A DNA stretch of 64,000 nucleotides from Eledone cirrhosa (taxonomy: Eukaryota): contig OZ024740.1 in the NCBI GenBank assembly GCA_964016885.1, forward strand, positions 109,120,001-109,184,000, given 5' to 3'. This document shows, piece by piece, positions 44,418 to 57,724 of this stretch (within the stretch, counting starts at the first letter, position 1; each line of letters opens with the position of its first letter). Position numbers and translations under genes: made by a program. The notes beneath the pieces were generated by a model, which was not told the origin of the DNA, ran no database searches, and saw only the letters and a list, made by a program, of their open reading frames with translations.

Positions 44418-47400
44418 GTTTCTTTTATTTGCCACTAGGGCATCAAAAGTGGGACAAGTACAAAGGGGGGAGTTTACACAAAAAGGCGTCCTCAATAAGG
44501 AGGAGGCAATAACAAAATATAAAAATAAAATAAGATATAACAAAAAATAAAATTTATAACAAAATCCTCAATAGAGAGGAGGCGCCTTGGGGGGTCGCAC
44601 ACACCCCCGAAAAAAGTGTGCAACCCTTCTCCTCAGGAGCACAGAGAAGGGGTGCTCCCTTGGTCTTTCATCTTCCTCACCTATAGTCTGATGTAGAGTG
44701 AAGGCCCATTCACACGGGCCATTCTCGCCACTTTCACCCATCTTTCATAGAAACGGCTGGGGTGCAGCACCTCTCTCTCCATCCTGATCCTTCTTCCGAA
44801 ATGATAACGGAAGAAACGGACCAGTTGTTGGCCAGAGAGAAAGGTGCCTGACCTCAGTCCTTTCAGACGCGTCCACCATACAACCTCTTTCGCCATGGCT
44901 ATTACGCACAGAAACACCGCCTCTGCTTCATCTTTGAAGGGGGGAGGCGGCTTGATCATTACAATAGACTCGGTGGTCAACCGGATCGGTCCCACCCTTG
45001 ACAGCAGTTGTTCGACATAGCCCCACAGATCGGCTACGCCCGAGCAGTGTACCAATGCGTGTGCAACGGTTTCCTCGTCGCACACGCATCTGGGACAGAT
45101 CTTTTTGGCGGGGTCCCTACCCGGGCGCCCGTGTCTGTAGAGCCTTTCTCGAACGGGTAAAGCCCCTCGGTAGCACTGCCAGGCCAGGGACTTCTGGAAG
45201 TTGTCCATAGGTCCCGGGCTGAATGTCCTACCGAACAGGCTGGCCAGTTCGTCCTCCTCCATGTCTAGGGCTTCTCCGAGGGCGTCGTCGCACCTGCTGC
45301 GTACCAGCCCTCTATAGAATGTTGCGGTGGAGTCTCCACTGATAACCGGATCCGCCTGCCAGAGGGCGGTGAGCGCCTGGGCACACTCAGTGTGCCAGGC
45401 GCCCAGTTTTCTCGGTCTTTGCTTGACCCAGGATTGCAGCTCGGTGAGTGAGACGAGTCTGGGAAAGGTTCGTCTCACAAACGAGGCCCACACCGGTTGT
45501 CCGGTGAGGAATACGTAGAGGTGCCGTAGCCTTAATGCGTGTTTACGCATCATTAGCCACGGCATCCCCAGCCCTCCTTTCGAAGGGTGTTGACAGCAGA
45601 TGGATCTCCTCACCATAGGAGCCCGCCTCTTCCAAAGGAATTGGAAGAGCGCGCGCTCCATCTTGGTGAGGGTTTCCCTTGGGCAGGGCACTACGGTCAG
45701 GCGGTAGTAGATGACGGACGCTATGTAGGTGTTCGCCACCTCCGCCCGACCTTTCAGGGATAGTTTGCAACTGGCCCACTTCTGGGTCAGTGCAAACACC
45801 CTGTTCGTAACCTCCGCCCAGTTTTTCTCCACCTGGAGGTCCGGTCCGAACCAGACCCCGAGCAACTTCACAGGGCCCTCCGTCCAGCGTCCGACGACGC
45901 CATCGGAGGGCATCGGTCTGCCCCTCCACGTGCCGAGTTGCAAACCGATCGACTTGTCCCGGTTCAGCTTAGCCCCTGTGAACTTTTCGTACTCCTCCAG
46001 TAAGGTGCCGACCGCCTCGATTTCGGAGGCCGTCGACACCATTACTGTCACGTCATCGGCGTAGGCCGACACCGCTTTCCGCAATCCCGGTTCCAAAGGG
46101 ATGCCATGCAACAACTCCAACTTCCGCAGTAGTGGCTCGAGAGTCAACACATACAGAAGGGAGGAGAGAGGGTACCCTTGTCGGATGGACCGCGCGATTT
46201 TGAACGGCTCCGAGAGGTATCCGTTCACCTTGACCCTAGAGCAGATGCGGCTGCTGTGCATAGCAGTGATCCAGCCCCTGAAAACGGGTCCAAAGCCTGC
46301 CGCCGCTAGCACCGCATCCAAGTAACCATGGTCGACCCTATCGAACGCCTTAGATTGATCCAAGTTGATCAGAGCCCCACCAAAGCCGGGTTCGTTCCCA
46401 ACCCTCTCTATGATGTATCGCATGAGGTGGAGGTTGTCATGGATGGACCTGGACGGGATAGCGCATGTCTGCGCATCTCCCACCAGGTTGCCCACGACAA
46501 GCGCCAACCTCTTTGCTAGCACCTTGGCCAAAATCTGTATCTCTGTATTTAGCAGAGTTATGGGCCTGAAGTTACTTATTTCGTCCCCCTTGTTCTCGTC
46601 CTTCCTCACTAGCGTGACTACGCCCTTGGTCACAGAACAGGGAATTCTCCCGTTCTGTTGCCAGTTGCAGTAGACCGCCTCGAGGAGATCGGGGAACAAG
46701 TCCGGCATAGCTAGATATAATTCGTAAGGAAGACCATCGAGACCCGGGGATTTGCGTTTGCCGCATTGGCTCAGCACGTCCTCTATCTCAGCGGCCGAAA
46801 TCGGCTCCTCGCAGGACTTCGCCTCCCTGTCCGAGAGGCGCGGCAGGCCGTCGAGGTATGGACCGAAGTCCACGTTCCCAACCGGCTCCCCGCCCCTCCC
46901 GAACAGTCGGGCAAAGTGCCTTTGAAAGGCCTCACACATCTGCTTAGGCTCAAGAATCGCCCGTCTATCCAGGTCTCGCAAAGACCGGATGGTGGATTTA
47001 GTTCCACTGTTGGCCTCTGTCACGCGGGCCCAGCTAACAGCTTTGGTCCCCTCGTTCCCTAGAGCACGTATTTTACTTCGGACAACGCAGCCTTCGTGCT
47101 TCGCGTCAAAAAACTGGCTCAAAGCCGTTCTCGACGCTAGCACTCTGGCCACGTCGCCGCTTCTAATTGCCTCTTCTACTCTATCTATTAGCTCCCTTTC
47201 CTTCCTATTCCTATCCGCAGCTAGAACCTTACTAAATTCTATCGAGACTACTCTAATCTCTCTCTTTAGAGATACCCACCACCTGCTGTTGACGATCGCT
47301 CCAGTCAACCGTTCCTTAACTAACGTACTAATCCGATTCCTGTAGGCTCTACTTGCCGGCAAGGACAAGTTGAGCTTCCAGTAACCGGGGCCCTGTCTAT

Positions 47401-47930
47401 GAGTTCTGTCAAGGTTGACCATGCAGGTCACTAATTTGTGGTCTGAATAGCCAACCATGCGCATTTTTGGACAACTTAAAAAGTCCTTATCCTTAATTCT
47501 AACTAAGAACCTATCTAGGTACGACCTAGATGATCCGCTACGATTTGCCCAAGTCCAGGTTGGCGCAGTCGGAAAATCTAGTCGATATCTATCGGCCAGG
47601 TCAAATCGACCGATTAACCCTTTGAGGCTATTACACCCCTCTCTATCGGGGCAGGCCCCTACGTAGTCCCAGCGTGCATCTAGGATACCATTCCAGTCCC
47701 CCACTAATAGCAAGGAGCGGGACGTCCCTAGAAAAGTCTCCAGACGATGGAAGAAGTCCGGCCGCATTGACCAGAAAGGGCCGTAGGCGGCTACCAACCT
47801 AAATGCTCCGCCTTTACCACTGCCAAGGTCCAGAACCACTAGTCGACCCTCCGGGTCCAAATGTACCATCTGTGTTGCGAGACCCAGATGTTTTTGCAGC
47901 AGAACGACAACTCCGCCCCCACCTCTCTAC
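44418..47930 (-). mobile_element. 5'-truncated L1/Tx1-type LINE inserted in a (CA)n(TA)n microsatellite
   Basis: GC-rich block containing ORF2 and a 3' UTR ending GTGGCAAATAAAAGAAAC next to (AT)n. Confidence 0.92.
44681..47869 (-). CDS. LINE ORF2: partial APE endonuclease, reverse transcriptase and C-terminal zinc-binding region
   Basis: GDWN, SYLDRF, SDH (EN); SPGLDG, NFRPITLLN, LDQSKAFDRVDH, RQGYPLS, YADD (RT); CPRC..ETVAHALVHC. The frame stays open upstream to ~47930, so the listed ATG is internal. Confidence 0.93.
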   Translation of the reverse strand: MVHLDPEGRLVVLDLGSGKGGAFRLVAAYGPFWSMRPDFFHRLETFLGTSRSLLLVGDWNGILDARWDYVGACPDREGCNSLKGLIGRFDLADRYRLDFPTAPTWTWANRSGSSRSYLDRFLVRIKDKDFLSCPKMRMVGYSDHKLVTCMVNLDRTHRQGPGYWKLNLSLPASRAYRNRISTLVKERLTGAIVNSRWWVSLKREIRVVSIEFSKVLAADRNRKERELIDRVEEAIRSGDVARVLASRTALSQFFDAKHEGCVVRSKIRALGNEGTKAVSWARVTEANSGTKSTIRSLRDLDRRAILEPKQMCEAFQRHFARLFGRGGEPVGNVDFGPYLDGLPRLSDREAKSCEEPISAAEIEDVLSQCGKRKSPGLDGLPYELYLAMPDLFPDLLEAVYCNWQQNGRIPCSVTKGVVTLVRKDENKGDEISNFRPITLLNTEIQILAKVLAKRLALVVGNLVGDAQTCAIPSRSIHDNLHLMRYIIERVGNEPGFGGALINLDQSKAFDRVDHGYLDAVLAAAGFGPVFRGWITAMHSSRICSRVKVNGYLSEPFKIARSIRQGYPLSSLLYVLTLEPLLRKLELLHGIPLEPGLRKAVSAYADDVTVMVSTASEIEAVGTLLEEYEKFTGAKLNRDKSIGLQLGTWRGRPMPSDGVVGRWTEGPVKLLGVWFGPDLQVEKNWAEVTNRVFALTQKWASCKLSLKGRAEVANTYIASVIYYRLTVVPCPRETLTKMERALFQFLWKRRAPMVRRSICCQHPSKGGLGMPWLMMRKHALRLRHLYVFLTGQPVWASFVRRTFPRLVSLTELQSWVKQRPRKLGAWHTECAQALTALWQADPVISGDSTATFYRGLVRSRCDDALGEALDMEEDELASLFGRTFSPGPMDNFQKSLAWQCYRGALPVRERLYRHGRPGRDPAKKICPRCVCDEETVAHALVHCSGVADLWGYVEQLLSRVGPIRLTTESIVMIKPPPPFKDEAEAVFLCVIAMAKEVVWWTRLKGLRSGTFLSGQQLVRFFRYHFGRRIRMEREVLHPSRFYERWVKVARMARVNGPSLYIRL

Positions 47931-48053
47931 TATTTGTTTTATATATATATATATAAAACAAATAGTAGAGAGGAAAAAGATTTTTTCAGTAGAAAAAGCT
48001 GAAGAGATTCTTTGAGTATAATATCAAAACATTTATTTATAAAGTGGATATTT

Positions 48054-48102
48054 CCGCATTTAATAATACCGGTTTCAGCATTATATGCTTTTTCAACTGC
48101 GG
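48054..48102 (-). ncRNA. Hammerhead with U3:A8 core variant
   Basis: Minus strand: CCGCAG-TTGAAAA-AGCAT(ATA)ATGCT-GAAA-CCGG-TA-TTATTAAATGCGG. The host repeat (47955-48260) matches 23965-24270. Confidence 0.6.
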
Positions 48103-48654
48103 ATATGCAAATGCAGTTAAGTTGCATATCTATACGAATAATAAAAAGGGGAAGAAAAATTATTAGTTTTTACATACATATTTAGAGAGGAGAGTTCATA
48201 TCTCTGTCCATGTTTGTCCTTCATTCTCTGTTTGTTGGCTGATAGAAGTAGTAGTTTTAATTATATACATATATCTGTATATATATAAAACTAGACTACA
48301 CACTTTCACAGGTTCTATGATACAAAAGTGTTTATTTTAAAGTGTTTATATTTATCTAAAAAGGATGGTGGAATGGCAGAATTGTAGTATTTGTTTTGGC
48401 TCTACATTCTGAGCTTAAATCTCACCAAGGTTAACTTTGCCTGTCATCCTTCCGGGGTCAATAAAATAAAGTACCATATTTCCCAGCATCGAAGACGCTA
48501 CTTTTTTCCTAAAATAAGTCTCAAAAATCTACCTGGAAGCCGAAGGTTATATATTATTTTTTTCAAATTTTTTGTTGCCAAAATTAGGGGCATCCACGAG
48601 GACGAAGCGTCTTCGGCGCCGGGAAATACGGTACCAGTTAAGTACTGGCAACTG

Positions 48655-49010
48655 ACTTGGTAGACATCCACAAAATTATTAGCCATCTTTCCAACAACAA
48701 CCCTGAGCACCTTTTTGAATTCCATGTGTCTAACACCTGTGGACATGCTTACAAAATCAGAAAACAGTACAGCTACCATGACTTTCGGAAACATTTTTTC
48801 ACGTTCAGAGTTGCTGAAGCATAGAACAAACTAGCTGCATCAGTTGTTAACTGTCGGGACATTGCATCATTCAAAACTTCCATGCTTCCGCAAATTTTCC
48901 AACACTACACCTGAAATTCCCCCTCCATACACATGCACACACGTGTCTGTGTATATCATGACTCATACACTGTTCACTTTCCTGACATTTTTACATTATT
49001 GTACACAATA
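48655..49010 (+). mobile_element. CR1-type LINE 3' fragment
   Basis: Translates as TCGHAYKIRKQ...FRKHFFTFRVAEA*NKL..SVV....ASFK, matching the CR1 C-terminal TRGH..K..FF..RV...WN.L motif. Confidence 0.8.
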
Positions 49011-49623
49011 ATTTTCATTATTAACTATGCTCTTCTTCAAATTTGCTGGCCTTGTGCCTAAATTATTTATCTAAAATACTTTCTTTATAATTTTATTTAA
49101 GTAACTTATTTAAATAACTTAATCATGAGAAAGTGGGTTACATTATTAAATCCCTTCAAATTAGCCATTATTTTTGAAATTGTCTGAAAACCAGTGTCTT
49201 TTATTAGAAATATGGTAATGGAAGGGTTAAACAGAAATACACAGCAAGGCCAAGGGTGCTGATTTACAAATTGTCATCTCTCTAGATGTTAAACTAACAG
49301 CTTATTAACCCCTGGAGCACATAGAGAAGTTTTTCAAGAAAAGTCCTTGAACATTCTATTACATGTTCATATAAAATTCAGTAAATGAAAGAGAGAGAGA
49401 TGGCGAAGGTGACAGACAGATGTATTTCTATATATATATGTGTGTGAGTGTATGCATGGCATGTGTTTAATGTGTTTATATGTATGTATGCGTATACATG
49501 TTTGTACACACACACACACACACACACATACATATATATATATAAAATTAACGAAGATTGGTGGTGTTAATTCAACAGTCTCTGGCCAGCTCACTCAATG
49601 TATTTGTTGTATTGCATATATAT

Positions 49624-49716
<93 letters not shown>

Positions 49717-49717
<1 letters not shown>

Positions 49718-51428
49718 TAGCAGTTTAGCCCGGCGTTGCTCGGGTTTGTTCATTTGCTATGAAAAGTTACATACAGGTAAATGTAGCTTGAAAGCGCATA
49801 AGCTTATCAATTAAGTGCATAAAGCAGTTGAACCGGTTATTAATAGTTACGAACCAATTAGCATTTTGGACAATCAATGATGGGTTAATAATCTTCCAAT
49901 AGCGAATTTAGTAGACCAAAGTTGCAAGATGGTGGTCCTGATGCCGCTGGGTGTCAGATCTGTCCGCTATGGGTGACCCTACCAGTTTTCCAGACGGCAT
50001 AGCTCCAACACCTCCAACACCTGCACCAACATCTATAGCACCTCTTTGTAGACGATATTGAATGTCATCCCTTGAGGAGCGTAAGCAAAAAGTCTATTCC
50101 TGCTCCCTATGCGGGAACAGGCAACATAAAGTTGGCCATGGGAGATTAGCCAGTTTCAGTCTGAACACTCTGGCAATGAGGTCATGTCTGTTCGAATAAT
50201 TTTGCCCAGGAAAAAGTTCACGGGTTACATTCCGATTCATATGTCTATAGCATTAATCTGTTATATGAAGTGTTATTTTGCGGGTTGTTATTTGCAATAA
50301 GCCGATTGAAAATGCCCCAGATAAGCCGTATGCCAATACGGAACGCTCCACTGCAGTGTTGTCATATAGTGAGTGAAGAGCGACAGAGAGAGTGAAGCAG
50401 TTAAATTGTAGAGGGGGGGGGGGATATACGGAACGCTCCACTTGATCATATACATTGTTTCTCTCTCTGCAGTGTTGTCATATAGGGAGTGAAGAGCGAC
50501 AGAGAGAGTAAAGCAGTTAAATTATAGAGAGGGAGAATGATCATGATCGATTTTTGCCCTTATTGTTGATTGATTTGAAATGTTTTTGCTTCATGACCTT
50601 CTCCTGACCAAAAGCAATAATTGTCCCGACTTTGAATAGAATCCCGTGAAAAAAGTTTTCTCAATTTTTTGTCTCATATTGAGAAAAACAAAGAAAGAAA
50701 ATTACAAAAAGGACAACAATAAAATATAATGTCTTTGTTGAGAATCATGTAAATAAATGCTTAAGCGTCGTTATTGTTACGTTTGTTGTTTTATAAATTC
50801 ATCTGTTGCTTTTGAATATTTGTTATTTGATGTAAAATGTAAGTGTGTAAAATGTAACGTTGAGAGAGCAGTATGTATTTAGTGTTATCGGCTTTTTAAA
50901 TTTTGATATTTGATGTATGAGTGTCGTTATGACTGTTTGTTGCTTAGGTTTCAAAGTTTGTGTCGCGTTCCTTCAAAAGAAGTTTTGTCGTTGTTCTAAA
51001 CTGTGATAGAGTAGTAGACGGAGGCAGTAACCTTTTAAAGAGAGTTGCAGAGGAGATTGAGGGGGGGGGGGAGTAGAGAGAGTGATGAACCTTTTAAAGA
51101 GAGTTGCAGAGGAGATTGAGAGTGGAGTAGAGGAAAAGATGAACCTTTTAAAGAGAGTTGCAACATGTATGTAGTTTCATATATTTTGATGGTAGTAGTG
51201 AGAGGAATGAAGCGTGTAAGAGAGAGGGTTACAGCATGTATTTAGTTTTATCGATTTCTTTTCATAGAAGCAGGAAATGTTTAGCAAAAATAATTACGCG
51301 TTGACCTGCCTTGGTAAATTTGGAGCACATTGGAAAAAAATTCATCAAAATCGGTAGAGAAATGTGGAAATGCATAAAAATCATACACACACAGAGACAG
51401 ACATCTACCGTTTTATATATAGAGAGAT
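49717..51428 (-). mobile_element. Non-autonomous Helitron retaining the RepHel helicase C-terminus
   Basis: The 3' end is hairpin CCCGAGCAACGCCGGG plus CTAG at 49717. The 5' end is TCTCTCTATATATAAAACGGTAGATGTCTG. Confidence 0.85.
50033..50143 (-). pseudogene. Helitron Pif1-like helicase C-terminal remnant
   Basis: SHGQLYVACSRIGSRNRLFAYAPQGMTFNIVYKEVL*. Confidence 0.9.
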
Positions 51429-52542
51429 TAAGTATGTGTGTGTGTCTGTGTATTACCTATAGGGGCCTACATTTTACGACCGATTTTCATGAAACTTTAC
51501 AGGCTCATAGATTAGTAATCGGGGAGTGTTTTCTATATATCAGCGTATCGTTTTTTTTATTCCGTGGTCATTCTGGAGATAAAAATCGATAGGGGGAGGG
51601 GGGGGGGGGGGGGTCATATTTTTTTGGTATCGAAAAATAAGATTTTTACCTCTAGCTCCCACATTTTGCCACCAATTTCGTTCAAATTTTAAAGCAAAAT
51701 AGAATTTATCATTGCACATCCTATAATGGCTTTATATTTTGCATTTGTTGTTCAGGGACGGCGTGGCAGCCGCTTAAATATTCAAAAATACCACTTTTAG
51801 ACTCAAAATTTCACTTTTTCGGCTCTAGCTCTCACATTAATCAACCTACTTTGTTCAAATTTTACACTACGCTAGATCTGATTATTTCACGTCTTAAAGT
51901 GGCTTTATATTTTGCATTTTTTGTTCAGGAACGGCGTAGCAGCCGCTTAAATATTCGAAAATACCACCTTTTCGCTCAAATTTCCGCCATTTCAGCTCTA
52001 GCTCCCACACTTTTCAACCGATTTCGTTCAAATTCGAAACTTCGGCTCCACCTCACATATAAATCAATTTATTTGGTTCAAATTTTATACTACGATAGAA
52101 CCTATCATTAACTCCCACATTTTTCAACCTATTTCGTTCAAATTCGAAATTTCGGCTCCAGCTCACACATAAATCAATTTATTTGGTTCAACTTTTATAC
52201 TACGATAGAACCTATCATTGCACATCTTATAGATGGTCAAAGGCAAAACGATGGCCACTGACGTCGTCTGAGCTTTTAGTTGTGTATTTGAGAATTCATC
52301 GGTTTCCAATCAAGTAGCGTGAGGAAATTTGGCTTAGTGTTAGAGGTCATTACCTCCCTACCCCAGCATGCCCCTTCGTCAGTCACCCGTGTTTCTCAGT
52401 GATAGAGGTCACCCCCCCCCCCCCCCGCATGGCCTGTGTGTGGCCATAGCTGAGTCATCGAGAAGCAGTCGCTAAAATCAACACATTTTCATCAAAGCAG
52501 ATATTATTTTACCTACCCAGGCAACGCTGGGTACTGCTGCTA

Positions 52543-52543
<1 letters not shown>
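51429..52543 (+). mobile_element. Non-autonomous Helitron with internal tandem duplications, head-to-head with the previous one
   Basis: The 3' end is CCCAGGCAACGCTGGG plus CTAG|T at 52540-52544. Repeats at 51700-52220. Confidence 0.75.
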
Positions 52544-52626
<83 letters not shown>

Positions 52627-53039
52627 CGGTTACAATACATGTGGAGTTAGGTAAACAAAGTTATATATAAAAACGATAGGCAAGGACGTTATACAATTGA
52701 CGGAATAAAGTCGGATTCGCGACAGAACATACAGGAGTCGAACTAGAAGTAGTTTGGTTGCAAAAGGAAATGTTTATCTACACAAACATACCTACATCTA
52801 TTTCTGTCAACTTGTTCTTGTCAACAGTTCTATGTGCTAAATTTTATATTTGAAGTAAACATGGTAGACTACAAACAGAAATTGTCAGTATTGATCAATT
52901 AAATAAAGTAAGAAATTAATATGATCGATTTCTTATCATAAATAGAAAAAGTAGAAATAGATTTATAAAGACTCAAGATTATGACAATTAGATGGCCTAA
53001 CAACTAGTTTCATGGATTTAATTAATTTAATTTATTTAC

Positions 53040-53309
53040 TCCATAGTGGTTAGAATGTCCCAGGAAAGAATAACTGGAGAGATATTACGGGCAAAACCAA
53101 CCGGCAGGAGACCCAGGGGTAGACCATGAGCAAGATAGTTAGATAACATCCATGAGCATCGCTGATCTCGCTTGGGGTCATTTGGAGATAGTTGCTTCTG
53201 ACAGGACCCGCTTGGAAAGAGTGTCTGAGGACTCTGCCTCCACGATCCTCTCAGGAAGAAGAAGAAGAAGAAGAAGAAGAAGAAGAAGAAGAAGAAGAAG
53301 AAGAAGAAG
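53040..53309 (+). mobile_element. RTE LINE 3' fragment with (GAA)n tail
   Basis: Matches 6410-6600. Confidence 0.85.
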
Positions 53310-54705
53310 ACTTCATTGGGCATTCGTGGACGGCAAATTAGAATCGGAAAGCTTTCAGCTTACACTACTTACTATTTTTTTTTACCCGTAACTCCTGATG
53401 AAGTTGTACAGGTGCCGTAGTGACATTTAAAACCTGACCGACCCACATCACGCAACAGGTCAGAGAAAGTGAAAGGAAGATGTATAGAAGAATCGACCCC
53501 AGTAATAAACTAATAATTTTTCTTTAATCAACCTCGAAAGGATGAAAGGCAAAAACAGACATGCCAATCTCTAAAAACCCAAATGGGGAGTACCATGAAA
53601 AACTGCCCAAAATGGGGAGAAATGAGGCAAAACGGGGAGATTTTACATAATGAAAGCTATATCTATTTTCACAAGAGAACACTTCTCTCACCCACCTCAA
53701 GGTGGGCAGGAGATCTTCCCATCGAAAGGGGAGAGTCGACAGGTCTGTAAAAATGACCCCAGAGAGCGCTGGAAACAGGAACGAATAAGACACAGCATTC
53801 TTTCCGGTGTTCTAAAGAATCTACCAATTCGCCGCCTTCGCTTACACAAACATTTAAAAAGTTTATTGTTGTTGCTTCCTTCCTCGAAATAAATACACGT
53901 TCGTTTATTATAAGATCGTGTTCAATTTCCATCAACCAGTCAGCCAGCCAACTCATCAATAAATTTATATATTGGTGGGTCTTCGAGAAATTGATTCAGA
54001 CAGATTGTAAACAGTCTGTTCACGAGAACATGACACGCAAGAAGTCGATAAATCTGTTTTGCCATATGGAAAACGTTATCCTCCAACACCATCACACGTG
54101 TCATCATCAAGTAACCATAGCTGCTCGTTGATACAGCTTCTTCTTCTTCTTCTTCTTCTTCTTCTTCTTCTTCTTCTTCTTCTTCTTGTCGTCGTTGTTG
54201 TTGTTACAGCTCCCACGTATGTAGGTTTTAGCTGGTCACCTCCAAGGTTAGATCTCATGCGAGAGTTTTTCGTAAGTTTGAATGCTGTTTGTGCTAATTT
54301 TTATTGCAGCTGAGTGGGCTGGATTATCGTGAAATGAAGTGTCTTGCTCAAGAACACAATGCTACGCACGGATTAAGTATCAAACTCACAACCTATTGAT
54401 CGTGTGTCAACCACCTTAACCACTGGGCTGCGTGCCCTCACACTATGATACAGTTTCTCTTCATCCGGTTTTGGCTTATAGCAGTAACCTCATCGAAGAA
54501 TACATACACTCAGAAAACCCCCCCCAAAAGACGTCACATGGGTAGAGTAAGGGGTTATCTGGGGTATTGGAAGGAGTGGTGATATGGAGGTTTTTGGTAT
54601 TAGAAAAAAAAACAGGGGGGTAATGATGGGGTCCTTGGTAATGGGAAGAATTTGATAGTTGGGATGTTTGGTATGGGAAGAAGGTAATGATTAATATTGG
54701 GAAGG

Positions 54706-54856
54706 TGGTGAGGGGGGTTGATATAGGGTGGGTGTGGGTAATGGTGAGGGGGGGTTGATATAGGGTGGGTGTGGGTAATGGTGAGGGGGGTTGATATAGG
54801 GTGGGTGTGGGTAATGGTGAGGGGGGATGATATAGGGTGGGTGTAGGTAATGGTGA
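54706..54856 (+). repeat. G-rich ~37-bp tandem repeat, 4 copies
   Basis: Unit GGTGAGGGGGGTTGATATAGGGTGGGTGTGGGTAAT. Confidence 0.9.
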
Positions 54857-55043
54857 TGGCTTATGTTTTGGAAAGGGATAGTTATTGACTGATTGGGAGT
54901 AGGGGATCAGTTGTCCCTTTGCCAGGTGCTATGGGTAACTATATAAGGAATCTTGGAAAAAAGTCGCAGGAGAAACAAATTACATTTTCCTTAAATACCA
55001 TAAGAAAGGTAATTTATTTAAAGCAGGGGAAACTTATAGCTAT

Positions 55044-55089
<46 letters not shown>

Positions 55090-56674
55090 GGTGGTGATTG
55101 GAGGATGATGAGGAAGAGAAGTAGTTGTAGTAGTGTTGGTGTTATTTTATTTCCTTTCACGACTGTATGAAACTATTTCTGTTGAGACGAGTCAGTTGTC
55201 TGGGTTCAGATCACACCAGTAACCTTTATTCATTTAATTTTATTTACATAGCTAACCTTCTTAGGTCGAGTAAGTATGGTGGATTAACGAAAATGGTAGA
55301 GTATTAGACGAGATGTCTTTCAGTATTTGTTCTGACACTTTGCGTCCATTCTGGGGTTCCAATTTCGCTTAGTGATTAAAATCCCACCGATGAAGAATCA
55401 GGAGAAAAAAAGTCGCAGGGTACGAAGTCATTGAAAAATAAGTCTCGGGAAAGTCATAAAAAAAATTGAATAAACGACTGACTTTTTTTGTTTAATGAAG
55501 ATATTAAATAAAAACTGACATTCTTTTCTTCTTAAATAAATCATGTCGTTGTAAACATATCGTTCGTGTTAGTGTTAGTTAATAAGTGACTTAAATGTTA
55601 GTTGTTTAATTACTTTAACTAATTGTTGATGGTGTTTCAAGAAAACATGATATTTTTTCTGTGATTCTTTTCTTAGTCCGTACTGAGCCTTTTTTATACT
55701 CACCAAAACTAATGTCTTGCCAAGATTTGCATTTATTCAGATATTCTGACATTTTCCTGGCCAAAACTGTAATTTTCTTCTGTGGTATGTTTCCTTGCCC
55801 AAAGTATGATTTATTTTCTGTAGCATTTTTACCCATTGACTTTATTTTCGTTCAGTGTCGTACCAAGATCCATTAATAGGTTTACCATATACTTCGGATT
55901 AGCCGAGACGATCTCAATTTTCAGCTTTTGTCTTGACATAAGTAGATCTGCTCATAGAGTTGTCCCGGGAGGGAGAGAGAGAGAGAGAGACCTTCGAAAT
56001 TATGACGAAATGACAAAACTTCATGAGAACACAGAATATTATATTTCACTATTTTGGAAATTAAGCAGTAGATCATATATTATAAAATGTGGCTAGAGTC
56101 TGTGTTAACGTATTATGTTCACTAAGCACCAGCAGTAAGACAGCTGATAGCAACTCCGATTAGTGAGGGTATCCGCTATGGTATGTATCAAGGGACGCGT
56201 ATCTTGTTTTCAGAAATACAATATGGAATTATAAAAAAAGTCCACAAGTTTATATTATAAGTGGTAGGTATAGTTGTATGAATCTAGAATAAAAAAAAAA
56301 GTTACGGAAAAAACTCACAATAGAAAAAGTCACATTTTCTTGAAAAATCATAAAAAAGGTTATTTGCTTCAAAGAATGGAAACCCATATTTTTAAAGAAC
56401 TTAAATTTACTTAAATTCCGTTAAAAAATGTTTCCCCTTGCCAAAAGTGCGACCTTTTTCTCTGACCTTTTTATCCTGGATTATATTCGATGGTCGACTT
56501 AAAAGCTCAGATCAAGATGCTCTCATGGAATGACAAAATGAAGTTTATTTTTCCTTGGAAAGAAACAATGCAGTTATTAATAAGAAGAATTGAAATTAAT
56601 GCATGCAAGATTTCGCAGCTGTACCATCATTCGTTTATAGTCAGTCTATCAACTTTTCAGTCTATCATCGTATA

Positions 56675-56705
<31 letters not shown>

Positions 56706-56747
56706 CTTCTTCTTCTTCTTCTTCTTCTGCTTCTTCTTCTTCTTCTT

Positions 56748-56779
<32 letters not shown>

Positions 56780-57479
56780 GGCGCTACCATTAAGCCAACT
56801 AGGCAGCCCCCTAAAGCGTACACTTCAGAGGGGTACATTACTGAACCTGTTTTATACAAATTTGTATAATTAAATAAAATATATTATAATTTCTTGTGAC
56901 CAATAAATATATTACTAAACATATTTTCCGCGTAACAGCGTCTCAGAAATATCCAAAGCGGTGGGGAGGGCCATATTGTTAGGACCTATCACATGATTTC
57001 GAGTGGGTAAGTGCGGACTGTGTAGTAGTAAAATTCAAACTTAATCATTTTCTTGGTGTGATCACAGTAAGAAGACTAAGTGTGTGATATTGCCACACTG
57101 TAAGTTAACTTGAATAAATGGGGCTCACATTGTATGACTAGCTTAGGGTGCTAAATACGCAGGCACCGGCCTTCATTCGTTATGATCTAAGGGACATTTA
57201 GCTGCTATTTCTCCTAGTATAAAAGACCCCCTCCTACGTCTCTCTATTCATACGATACAAAAATACGTTTATTAGTAATGAGGCTTACTTATCCCGCCAG
57301 GAAAGATGTTTATCAACCATTAAGTGGTGTATGACAGATTGATATCAGTTTCAATATAACTCACTTTATTTACACACAGCAGCCCTGATCGTCAGCTAAC
57401 GCCCTCTTGCCTATCAATCAACAATCAGCCCCCATTCCTTTCTGATACCGAATTGAAGTGTTTTCGATTGGATATTTTC

Positions 57480-57572
<93 letters not shown>

Positions 57573-57724
57573 ATACTTTGGGAGGGTCATGTTGCCAATA
57601 AGAAACACACGCACCAGTCGCTTTCACTCCAATTTATTATAAATTTAAAAAATAAAAAATACATTTTGTTAATAAATTTCCGGTTAGTTGGTTGGTTCCA
57701 CAACCGGACGGTTGTTCATATATT

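Noticed and set aside
53395-53460. CTGATGA motif
   Set aside because: No downstream stem II and GAAA.
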